NCBI GenBank assembly: GCA_019115995.1
Contig: DXCL01000026.1
Location: forward strand, 159,522-223,521
Length of the DNA: 64,000 bases
Source: Candidatus Borkfalkia avistercoris
Lineage (GTDB): Bacteria > Bacillota > Clostridia > Christensenellales > Borkfalkiaceae
Direction of reading: 5' to 3'
The notes beneath the pieces are model-generated. The model saw only the letters and a program-made list of their open reading frames with translations, ran no database searches and had not been told where the DNA came from. Position numbers and translations under genes: made by a program. This document shows, piece after piece, positions 30,483 to 39,800 of this stretch (the first letter of the stretch is position 1; every line of letters starts with the position of its first letter).

Positions 30483-31409
30483 ATGTTTAATATTTTTATC
30501 GACGGAAAAGAGGGCACTACGGGGCTTAAAATTTTTGAGCGCATGGCAAAGCGTACGGACGTTGCCGTGCGCGTTTTGCCCGAGGATCTCCGCAAGGATC
30601 CCGCCGCGAGAAAGGCGTGCATCAATGAGGCCGACGTCGTCTTTTTGTGTCTGCCGGATGCGGCGGCGAAGGAGTCCGTTTCCTTGATTGAAAACGATAA
30701 GGTCAGGATTATCGATGCTTCTACCGCGCACCGTACCGCACCGGACTGGGCGTATGGTTTCCCGGAGCTTTCGAAGGCGCATGAAGACAAGATCAGAAGT
30801 TCGAACAGGGTCGCGGTGCCCGGTTGCCATGCGAGCGGGTTTATTTCATTGGTGTATCCGCTCATTGTGGGCGGATTTGTCGAAAAAGACTATCCGTTCG
30901 TCTGTCATTCTGTTACGGGATACAGCGGCGGCGGTAAAAAAATGATCGCCGAGTACGAGGCTGAAAACAGGGCGGAGGAATATGAGAGCCCCAGACAATA
31001 TGCTCTGACGCAAAATCATAAGCATTTGCCTGAAATGCAGTATGTCTGCGGGTTGGATTACAAACCGATATTCGATCCCATCGTTGCCGATTTTTACAGC
31101 GGCATGTGCGTTTGCGTTCCGCTGCATACCCGCCTTATGAAAAAGAAAACAGATCCGAACAGCCTCAGAAGATATTTTGAAGAGTACTATGCGTCGCGTA
31201 ATTTTGTAAAAGTTGCGCAGGAAGGGCGCCAATATCTCGCGGCAAATCCTTTGGTGGGCACAAATGAAATGGAAATATTTGTCGACGGGAATGAGGAGCG
31301 CATCATGCTTGCGTCGGTGTTCGACAATCTCGGTAAAGGCGCGTCCGGCGCGGCCGTGCAGTGTATGAACATCATGCTCGGGCTTGACGAAACGATTTCG
31401 CTGAAATGA
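30483..31409 (+). CDS. argC: N-acetyl-gamma-glutamyl-phosphate reductase (type 2)
   Basis: FIDGKEGTTGL, IDASTAHR, VPGCH, GYSGGG, DNLGKGASGAAVQ. Confidence 0.97.
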   Translation: MFNIFIDGKEGTTGLKIFERMAKRTDVAVRVLPEDLRKDPAARKACINEADVVFLCLPDAAAKESVSLIENDKVRIIDASTAHRTAPDWAYGFPELSKAHEDKIRSSNRVAVPGCHASGFISLVYPLIVGGFVEKDYPFVCHSVTGYSGGGKKMIAEYEAENRAEEYESPRQYALTQNHKHLPEMQYVCGLDYKPIFDPIVADFYSGMCVCVPLHTRLMKKKTDPNSLRRYFEEYYASRNFVKVAQEGRQYLAANPLVGTNEMEIFVDGNEERIMLASVFDNLGKGASGAAVQCMNIMLGLDETISLK

Positions 31410-31436
31410 CGGGCGAAGAATTTTAGAGGTGTTTTT

Positions 31437-32648
31437 ATGAAAAAGATTACGGGCGGCGTATGCGCGGCGCAGGGATTTAAAGCGAACGGCGTACATTGCG
31501 GCATCAGAAAAAATAAAACAAAGCGCGATCTTTCTTTGATCGTAAGCGACGTGCGCGCCTCCGCGGCCTGTGTTTATACGCAGAATCTCGTGAAGGGCGC
31601 GCCGCTCCTCGTAACGAAGAAACATGTTTCCGACGGCTATGCGCAGGCGATCGTCTGTAACAGCGGCAACGCAAATACCTGCAATGCCGACGGCGTAGAG
31701 ATCGCGGAGGGAATGTGCGCCCTCGTGGAAAAGCACACGGGCATCCCCGCAAAAGACGTTGTGGTCGCGTCTACGGGCGTGATCGGTCAGCCGCTTTCCC
31801 TCGAACCCATTGCGGGCGGTATGGAATCGCTCGTAAAGGGCCTCGGCGAAAACAGCGATTTTGCGGCGCAGGGTATCATGACGACGGACACCGTGGAAAA
31901 GCAGGTCGCTTATACGTTTACGCTCGGCGGCAAGGAGTGCCGCATCGGGGCGATCGGGAAGGGCGTCGGCATGATCAACCCTAATATGGCGACCATGCTC
32001 ATCTTTGTAACGACTGACGCGGCGATCTCTCCCGCGATGCTGCAAAAAGCGCTTTCCGCCGATGTGAAAGACTCTTTCAATATGGTCAGCGTCGACGGGG
32101 ATACTTCTACGAATGACATGGTGTGTATTCTCGCGAACGGGCTTGCGGGCAATGCTCCGATCGAAGAGGCGGGAAAAGATTTTACGGCGTTCCGCAAGGC
32201 GCTTGCAAAGGTTACCACGTATCTGTGCCGTAAAATTGCCAAAGACGGAGAGGGGGCGACCAAGCTGCTCGAATGCAAGGTTACCGGAGCAAAAAGTAAG
32301 AAGGCGGCGAGAACGGTCGCGAAATCGGTCATACAGTCTTCTCTGTTCAAGGCAGCCATGTTCGGGGCTGACGCAAACTGGGGAAGGGTTCTCTGTGCCA
32401 TCGGCTATTCGGGCGCGGACGTCGATATTCATAAAGTCGACCTCGCTTTCAAATCGAGAGCAGGGGTGCTGGATGTGTGCCGCGGAGGAAGCGGGATACC
32501 TTTTTCCGAAGAAGATGCGAAGAGGATACTCTCCGAAGACGAGATCGAAATACTTATATCTCTCAACGACGGGAACGCCAGGGCGACCGCGTGGGGGTGC
32601 GACCTCACCTATGACTATGTAAAGATCAACGGGGATTACCGCACCTGA
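31437..32648 (+). CDS. argJ: Ornithine acetyltransferase / N-acetylglutamate synthase
   Basis: NSGNANTC, STGVIG, IMTTDT, KG.GMINPNMATML, DGDTSTND, DGEGATK. Confidence 0.98.
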   Translation: MKKITGGVCAAQGFKANGVHCGIRKNKTKRDLSLIVSDVRASAACVYTQNLVKGAPLLVTKKHVSDGYAQAIVCNSGNANTCNADGVEIAEGMCALVEKHTGIPAKDVVVASTGVIGQPLSLEPIAGGMESLVKGLGENSDFAAQGIMTTDTVEKQVAYTFTLGGKECRIGAIGKGVGMINPNMATMLIFVTTDAAISPAMLQKALSADVKDSFNMVSVDGDTSTNDMVCILANGLAGNAPIEEAGKDFTAFRKALAKVTTYLCRKIAKDGEGATKLLECKVTGAKSKKAARTVAKSVIQSSLFKAAMFGADANWGRVLCAIGYSGADVDIHKVDLAFKSRAGVLDVCRGGSGIPFSEEDAKRILSEDEIEILISLNDGNARATAWGCDLTYDYVKINGDYRT

Positions 32649-32703
32649 CGCAGCAATTTGCGCGGCGATATCGAAGAAATTTTGAACGGACGGATTTGGA
32701 AAA

Positions 32704-33570
32704 ATGGAGAATATAAACGATAAGCAGACGCGCGCGCATATCCTTGCGGAAGCGCTCCCGTATATACAGGATTATAACGGAAAAGTCGTGGTGGTAAAGT
32801 ACGGCGGCAACGCGATGATCAACGAAGAACTGAAAAATTCGGTCATGCGCGATATCGTGCTTTTGAATTTGATCGGCGTGAAGGTGGTGCTCGTGCACGG
32901 GGGCGGGCCTGAAATTTCGGAAATGCTCAAAAAGACGGGCAAAGAGTCCAAGTTTATCGACGGTCTCCGTTATACCGATAAGGAGACGGCCGAGATCGTG
33001 CGCATGGTGCTTGCCGGCAAGATCAATAAAGCGCTCGTCGACCGCATCGAGCATTTCGGAGGGAAGAGCGTCGGGTTGTGCGGCTTGGACGGGCATATGA
33101 TGAAATGCGAAATGCAGGACGAAAAGCTCGGCTATGTGGGGAAGATCGTTCATGTGGATACAAAGGTCATAACCGACGCGCTCGCGCTCGGTTATATCCC
33201 CGTTATTTCCACGGTCGGTTATGACGACGAAGGAAATGTTTACAACGTGAACGCAGATACCGCCGCGGCGGAGATCGCGGGCGCGTTGAATGCGCAGAGC
33301 CTTATCCTTATGACGGATACGAAGGGCGTTTTGCGGGATAAGGACGACGAGAGCAGCCTCATTTCCAAAATATATGTGAGCGACATTCCTTCGCTCGTCA
33401 AGCAGGGCATCATTTCGGGCGGAATGATCCCGAAAATAGATTGCTGCAAAGAGGCGATCCGCCGCGGGGTGAAAAAGGTGTTCATCATCGACGGCAGGGT
33501 CGAGCATTCCATTTTGGTGGAAACTCTTTCCGACAGCGGCATCGGAACGATGTTTATCAACGGAGACTGA
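32704..33570 (+). CDS. argB: Acetylglutamate kinase
   Basis: VKYGGNAM, VHGGGPEI, GLRYTD, NVNADTAA, GGMIPK. Confidence 0.98.
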   Translation: MENINDKQTRAHILAEALPYIQDYNGKVVVVKYGGNAMINEELKNSVMRDIVLLNLIGVKVVLVHGGGPEISEMLKKTGKESKFIDGLRYTDKETAEIVRMVLAGKINKALVDRIEHFGGKSVGLCGLDGHMMKCEMQDEKLGYVGKIVHVDTKVITDALALGYIPVISTVGYDDEGNVYNVNADTAAAEIAGALNAQSLILMTDTKGVLRDKDDESSLISKIYVSDIPSLVKQGIISGGMIPKIDCCKEAIRRGVKKVFIIDGRVEHSILVETLSDSGIGTMFINGD

Positions 33571-33628
33571 TTTTTAAATCGGTCTCTTTTTTTGGGGAAA
33601 ACTTATTACAAAATGCTTCCGCAAAAAA

Positions 33629-33657
33629 TTGCTTTTGCGCGCGATTTATGGTAGAAT
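33629..33657 (+). promoter_or_regulatory. Internal sigma-A promoter upstream of argD
   Basis: TTGCTT-17-TAGAAT with extended TGn. Confidence 0.6.
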
Positions 33658-33675
33658 AGATAAAATAGGTGTAAT

Positions 33676-34845
33676 ATGGATTTTCAGGAACTGAAAGAAA
33701 AGGACGGCGCTTATATAGCCGGCACATACAACCGTTTTTCAGCGGATATTTACGACGGAAAGGGCGCGACGCTGCGTTCGGAAGACGGAAAGGAATACAT
33801 AGACTTCGGCAGCGGCATCGCCGTCAACTCTTTCGGCGTGAACGACGAGGCTTGGAAAGAGGCCGTCATCGCGCAGATCAACAAGGTGCAGCATGCCTCC
33901 AACAATTATTATACCCGCCCGCAGGCGGAACTTGCCGAGCTTTTGTGCAAGAGGACGGGCGCTAAAAAGGTGTTTTTCTCCAATTCGGGCGCGGAGGCAA
34001 ACGAGTGCGCCATCAAAACGGCGCGCAAGTATTCCTACGATAAATACGGGGAAGGGCGGTTTCATATCGTAACGCTGAAAAATTCCTTCCACGGCAGGAC
34101 GATGGCGACGCTTACCGCGACGGGGCAGGACGCGATGCATAAATATTTTATGCCCTTCCTTGACGGGTTTACGTATGCAGACCCCACGTTTGCGGGCGTG
34201 AAAGCGGAATGCGGAAACGGGACGTGTGCCGTCATGCTCGAACTCGTGCAGGGGGAGGGCGGCGTGAACGCGCTTCCAGCGGACGATGTGAAAAAGATCG
34301 AAAAATTCTGCAAAGAGAGAGATATCCTTCTTATCATAGACGAGGTGCAGACGGGCAACGGCAGAACGGGCAGTCTGTACGCCTACATGCAGTACGGCAT
34401 ATCCCCCGACATCGTTACGACGGCAAAAGGGCTTGCGGGAGGACTGCCGCTCGGGGCGACGATGTTCTTTGAAAAGACGCGGAACACGCTCGCCGCGGGC
34501 GATCACGGATCCACTTTCGGCGGGAATCCCGTATCCTGCGCGGGGGCGATCAGCGTGCTTTCCAGAATAGACGATAAACTTCTGTTGGAAGTGCAGGGCA
34601 AGAGCGCCTATATGCGTACCTATCTCGGGCGCATGCCGAATGTTCTCGGCGTGAGCGGCTTAGGCCTGATGATCGGGCTCGAATTGAAGAATAAAAATGC
34701 GCGCGAAGTTGCCGAAAGGTGTCTGGAACGCGGACTCATCGTTTTAACGGCGAAAAGCAGATTGCGCCTTCTGCCTCCGCTTACGGTCAGTAAGGGGGAG
34801 ATGGACGCGGGGTTAAAAATATTGAACGAGGTATTGTCTGAATGA
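33676..34845 (+). CDS. argD: Acetylornithine aminotransferase
   Basis: NSGAEANE, SFHGRT, DEVQTG.GRTG, TTAKGLAGG, HGSTFGGNP. Confidence 0.97.
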   Translation: MDFQELKEKDGAYIAGTYNRFSADIYDGKGATLRSEDGKEYIDFGSGIAVNSFGVNDEAWKEAVIAQINKVQHASNNYYTRPQAELAELLCKRTGAKKVFFSNSGAEANECAIKTARKYSYDKYGEGRFHIVTLKNSFHGRTMATLTATGQDAMHKYFMPFLDGFTYADPTFAGVKAECGNGTCAVMLELVQGEGGVNALPADDVKKIEKFCKERDILLIIDEVQTGNGRTGSLYAYMQYGISPDIVTTAKGLAGGLPLGATMFFEKTRNTLAAGDHGSTFGGNPVSCAGAISVLSRIDDKLLLEVQGKSAYMRTYLGRMPNVLGVSGLGLMIGLELKNKNAREVAERCLERGLIVLTAKSRLRLLPPLTVSKGEMDAGLKILNEVLSE

Positions 34846-35744
34846 AACATTTACTGAAACTGGCGGATCTTTCGTCCGAGGAGATCTTTGCGATCCTGAA
34901 CCTTGCGGATCAGCTCAAATATGAGCGCAAAAACCATATCGAACACCACCATTTGAAGGGCAAAAAGCTCGGCATGATATTTCAGAAGTCTTCCACCCGC
35001 ACCCGCGTGAGTTTTGAAGTAGGCATGTATGAGCTCGGCGGATATGCGCTCTTTCTGTCCGACAGAGATCTGCAGATCGGGCGCGGAGAGCCGATCAAAG
35101 ATACGGTACGCGTCCTTTCGCGCTATCTCGACGGCATCATGATCCGCACCTTTGCGCAGAAAGATGTGGAAGAGCTCGCGCAATACGGTTCGATCCCCAT
35201 CATCAACGGGCTTACCGATTACTGCCACCCCTGCCAGGTGCTTGCGGATCTGATGACGATACGCGAATATAAGGGGAGTTTCAAGGGGCTCAAATTGTGC
35301 TTTGTCGGCGACGGGAACAATATGGCGAACTCGCTCATCGTCGGCGGCATCAAAATGGGCATGGAGGTCGCAGTCGCCTGCCCCGAAGGGTATCGCCCCG
35401 ACAAAGACATTTGCGCCTGGGCGGAAAAGAACGGAAAACTGCTCGTAACGAGCGATATCGCCGCTGCGGCAAAGGACGCCGACGCCGTTTATACGGACGT
35501 TTGGGCTTCGATGGGGCAGGAAGCGGAAAAAACGGAAAGGGAAAAGATATTCAGGAATTATTGCGTCAATAAAGACGTTATGGCTCTTGCCAAGCCCGAC
35601 GCGCTCGTATTGCACTGTCTGCCCGCGCACCGCGGAGAGGAGATAGAAGACGAGGTATTCGAAGCGCACGCGCAGGAGATATTCGACGAGGCGGAAAACA
35701 GATTGCATGCGCAGAAAGCCGTGCTCGTAAAATTGCTCAAATAA
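34842..35744 (+). CDS. argF: Ornithine carbamoyltransferase
   Basis: STRTRVSF, HPCQ, DVWASMGQE, HCLPAHRGEE, AENRLH. Confidence 0.98.
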   Translation: MKHLLKLADLSSEEIFAILNLADQLKYERKNHIEHHHLKGKKLGMIFQKSSTRTRVSFEVGMYELGGYALFLSDRDLQIGRGEPIKDTVRVLSRYLDGIMIRTFAQKDVEELAQYGSIPIINGLTDYCHPCQVLADLMTIREYKGSFKGLKLCFVGDGNNMANSLIVGGIKMGMEVAVACPEGYRPDKDICAWAEKNGKLLVTSDIAAAAKDADAVYTDVWASMGQEAEKTEREKIFRNYCVNKDVMALAKPDALVLHCLPAHRGEEIEDEVFEAHAQEIFDEAENRLHAQKAVLVKLLK

Positions 35745-35773
35745 CAAAAACATACAATCGGAATGGAGTGCAT

Positions 35774-36853
35774 ATGAAGGAAGAAAAAGTTTATCTGACC
35801 TTGCAGAACGGGCAGGTTTTCGAAGGAAAGCGTTTCGGCGCGCGCGGCGACGTGCTCGGCGAGCTCGTCTTTACGACGGGTATGACGGGCTATATAGAGA
35901 CGCTCACCGATCCCAGCTATTACGGGCAGATCGTCATTCAGACGTTCCCTCTGATCGGAAATTACGGCATGATCCTTTCGGACAGGGAAAGCAAAAAGCC
36001 GTATCTTACCGCATATATCGTCCGCGAATTTTGTGATAAGCCCTCCAATTTTCGTTGCGAAAGCACGGTAGAGGAATATCTCAAACAAAACAATATCGTG
36101 GGCGTTTACGGGGTGGATACGCGTGAGCTGACCAAAACAGTCCGCGAGGCGGGCGTCATGAACGCGGTCATCTCTTCCCGACCCGTTTCCGACGTCGCGG
36201 CGATCGGAAAATTCGCGATCCGCGACGCGGTCATGAACTGCACCTGCTCCGATAGGATCGATTATAAAGCGGACAAGGCGAAGAGAAAGGTCGCTTTGTG
36301 GGATTTCGGCGCAAAGGAAAACATCGTCAGAGAACTCGTGAACAGGGGGTGCGACGTAATGCGCCTTCCCGCATGGTATACGGCGGAACAGATCCTTGCG
36401 CTGAAACCGGACGGGCTCATGCTGACGAACGGTCCGGGAGATCCCGCGGAAAACACGGGTATCATTGAAAATATCAGGAAACTTGCAGGTAAGCTTCCGA
36501 TCTTCGGCATATGCCTCGGACATCAGCTCTTTGCGCTCGCGATGGGCGGAAAGACGAAAAAGATGAAGTACGGGCACCGCGGCGCAAATCAGCCGGTAAA
36601 GGAATTGAAAACGGGAACGGTCTATATTTCCAGCCAAAACCACGGGTATGAAGTGCTTGCCGATTCCATTAAAGGCGTCGGCACGCTCAGCTTCGTCAAC
36701 GCCAACGACAATACATGCGAAGGCGTGGAGTATCCGGAACTGAATGCCTTTACGGTGCAATTTCACCCCGAAGCGTGTGCGGGGCCGCTCGACGCGCGCG
36801 ACCTTTTCGACAGGTTTATGAACATGATGGACGGAGGAAAGAAGAATGCCTAA
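35774..36853 (+). CDS. carA: Carbamoyl-phosphate synthase small subunit
   Basis: FTTGMTGY.ETLTDPSY, NGPGDP, GICLGHQ, QFHPEA. Confidence 0.98.
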   Translation: MKEEKVYLTLQNGQVFEGKRFGARGDVLGELVFTTGMTGYIETLTDPSYYGQIVIQTFPLIGNYGMILSDRESKKPYLTAYIVREFCDKPSNFRCESTVEEYLKQNNIVGVYGVDTRELTKTVREAGVMNAVISSRPVSDVAAIGKFAIRDAVMNCTCSDRIDYKADKAKRKVALWDFGAKENIVRELVNRGCDVMRLPAWYTAEQILALKPDGLMLTNGPGDPAENTGIIENIRKLAGKLPIFGICLGHQLFALAMGGKTKKMKYGHRGANQPVKELKTGTVYISSQNHGYEVLADSIKGVGTLSFVNANDNTCEGVEYPELNAFTVQFHPEACAGPLDARDLFDRFMNMMDGGKKNA

Positions 36854-39800
36854 AAGAAGCGATATCAAAAAAGTTCTCGTCATCGGATCGGGACCCATCG
36901 TCATCGGTCAGGCCGCCGAATTCGACTATGCGGGCGCGCAGGCTTGCCGCGTGCTCAAAGACGCGGGCGTGAACGTCGTTCTCTGCAATTCCAACCCCGC
37001 CACGATCATGACGGATAAGGCGCTTGCGGACGAGATTTATCTCGAACCGCTCACCTTGGAGTCTATCAAACGTATCATCAAAAAGGAGCGGCCGGACAGC
37101 TTGCTCGCCTCTCTCGGCGGGCAGACGGGGCTCACCATCGGCTGCCAGCTGGCAAAAGAGGGCTTCCTTGACCAATGGGGCGTAAAACTCATCGGCACGA
37201 ACGTCGACGCCATCGACAGGGCGGAGGATCGCGAACTCTTCAAAGAGACCATGCAGAAGATCGGGCAGCCCGTCGTTCCCTCCGACATCGCCTACACGGT
37301 GGAGGAGTGCGTTGCGGTCGCTGATAAGATCGGGTACCCCGTCATCATTCGCCCTGCGTTCACGCTCGGCGGCGCCGGCGGCGGCGTGGCGTATAACGAA
37401 AAAGAGCTCCGTTCCATTTCGCACAACGGCCTGATGCTCTCGCCGATCACGCAGGTACTCGTTGAAAAGTATATTTACGGTTGGAAAGAGATCGAGTTTG
37501 AGGTGCTGAGAGACAGCCACGGCAACGTGATCACCGTCTGCTCCATGGAAAACTTCGATCCCGTCGGCATCCATACGGGCGACTCCATCGTTGTGGCGCC
37601 CGCGCTGACGCTTGCGGACAAGGAATACCAGATGCTCCGCAGCGCTTCCTTGAAGATCATTACAGAACTCGGCATCGAGGGCGGCTGCAACTGCCAATTC
37701 GCGCTCAATCCCGCTTCCTTTGAATATTCCGTCATAGAAGTCAATCCGAGGGTGTCCCGTTCGTCGGCGCTCGCTTCCAAAGCGACGGGGTATCCGATCG
37801 CAAAAGTTGCGACCAAGATCGCGCTCGGATATACGCTTGACGAGATCAGAAACGACGTTACGGGCAAAACGTTTGCCTGCTTCGAGCCTACGCTCGACTA
37901 CGTGGTCGTAAAGCTTCCGAAATGGCCGTTCGATAAATTCCTGTATGCAAAGCGCGAGCTCGGTACGCGCATGAAGGCGACGGGCGAGGTCATGTCTATC
38001 GGCACTTCCTTTGAAATGGCGATCATGAAGGCGGTGCGCGGCGCGGAGATCTCCCTGTCTTCGCTCAATCTCGATAAGTATGAAGGCAAAGATCTTCGGG
38101 AAGAATTGAAAAAGCTCTCCGACGAACGGCTGTTCACGGTATTTGCCGCGCTGAAAGCGGGCATTTCCGTAGACGAAATATTCGAGATCACCAAAATAGA
38201 CCGTTGGTTTATCAATAAGCTCAACAATCTCGTTCAATTTGAAAAACGTCTTGCGAGCGAAAAGCTCACCCGCGCCCTGTACGACGAGGGTAAAAGGCTC
38301 GGCTATCCCGATAAAGAACTGGAAAAACTTTCCGGGCAGAAGATCCCGTACCACCGCAAAGCGGTGTACAAGATGGTGGATACCTGCGCCGCGGAATTCT
38401 CCGCCGAAACGCCGTACTTCTATTCCACCTATGACGATCACGCGCACGACGAGGCGACGCCTTTCATTAAAGAGAGTACGAAAAAGCGCATCATCGTTAT
38501 CGGTTCGGGTCCGATCCGCATCGGGCAGGGCATCGAGTTCGACTATTCGTCCGTTCACTGCGTCTGGACGCTCAAAGAGCTCGGATATGAAGTGATCATC
38601 ATAAACAACAACCCCGAGACGGTCTCCACCGACTTTGACACGGCGGACAGGCTGTATTTTGAACCGCTTACTCCCGAAGACGTGCAGAACGTGATCGACA
38701 AGGAAAAGCCGTACGGCGTGGTCATCACATTCGGCGGGCAGACGGCGATCAAACTTTGCAACTATCTCGACAAGCACGGCGTGCGCATTCTCGGCACGTC
38801 TGCCGACAGCGTAGACATGGCGGAAGACAGGGAGCGCTTCGACGAGTTGCTCGAAAAATTCGGCATCAGCCGCCCGAAGGGCCTGACCGTCATGACGAAA
38901 GAAGAGGCGCTCGCGGCGGCGGAAAAACTCGGTTATCCCGTCCTGCTGCGCCCGTCCTACGTCATCGGCGGTCAGAACATGACCATCGCGTTCACGGAAG
39001 GCGACATCTCCCGCTACATGGACGTCATTTTGGCGCAGCACATCGAAAACCCCGTGCTCTGCGACAAGTATCTTATGGGGCAGGAGCTCGAAGTGGACGT
39101 CATCAGCGATGGCACGGACGTCCTGATCCCCGGCATCATGCAGCACATCGAGCGTGCGGGCGTGCACAGCGGAGACTCCATCGCGGTGTATCCGCCTTAT
39201 AACCTGAGCGACATCATGCTCGATAAGATCATCGAATGTTCCACGCAGCTCGCGCTCTCTCTCAAAACGAAGGGACTCATCAACATACAGTTCCTCGTGT
39301 TCCACAACGAGCTGTATGTGATCGAAGTGAATCCACGCGCGTCGCGTACGATACCATATATAAGCAAGGTGACGGGCGTGCCGATGGTCGAGCTTGCGAC
39401 CAAGATCATGGTGGGCGCAAAGCTGAAAAAGCTGGGCTACGGTACGGGGCTGTATAAGAGCTCGCCGTATGTGGCGGTCAAGGTGCCCGTATTTTCCTTC
39501 GAAAAGCTCAACGACGTAAATTCCCAGCTCGGCCCCGAAATGAAGTCTACGGGCGAGGTGCTCGGCATAGGCAAGACGATAGAGGAGGCGCTCTTCAAGG
39601 GGCTCGTGTCCGCGGGCTTTAAGCTCTGCCACCCGACAAAGCAAAAGCAGGCGGGCGTGTATTTCACGGTCAACGATCAGGATAAATTCGAGATCCTGGG
39701 GCTTGCCAAAAAATTCAGCGATCTGGGCTTGAACATTTATGCGACCAAGGGAACGGCGGATACGATCCGCACACTCGGCATCGACGTGACGACGGTAGAC

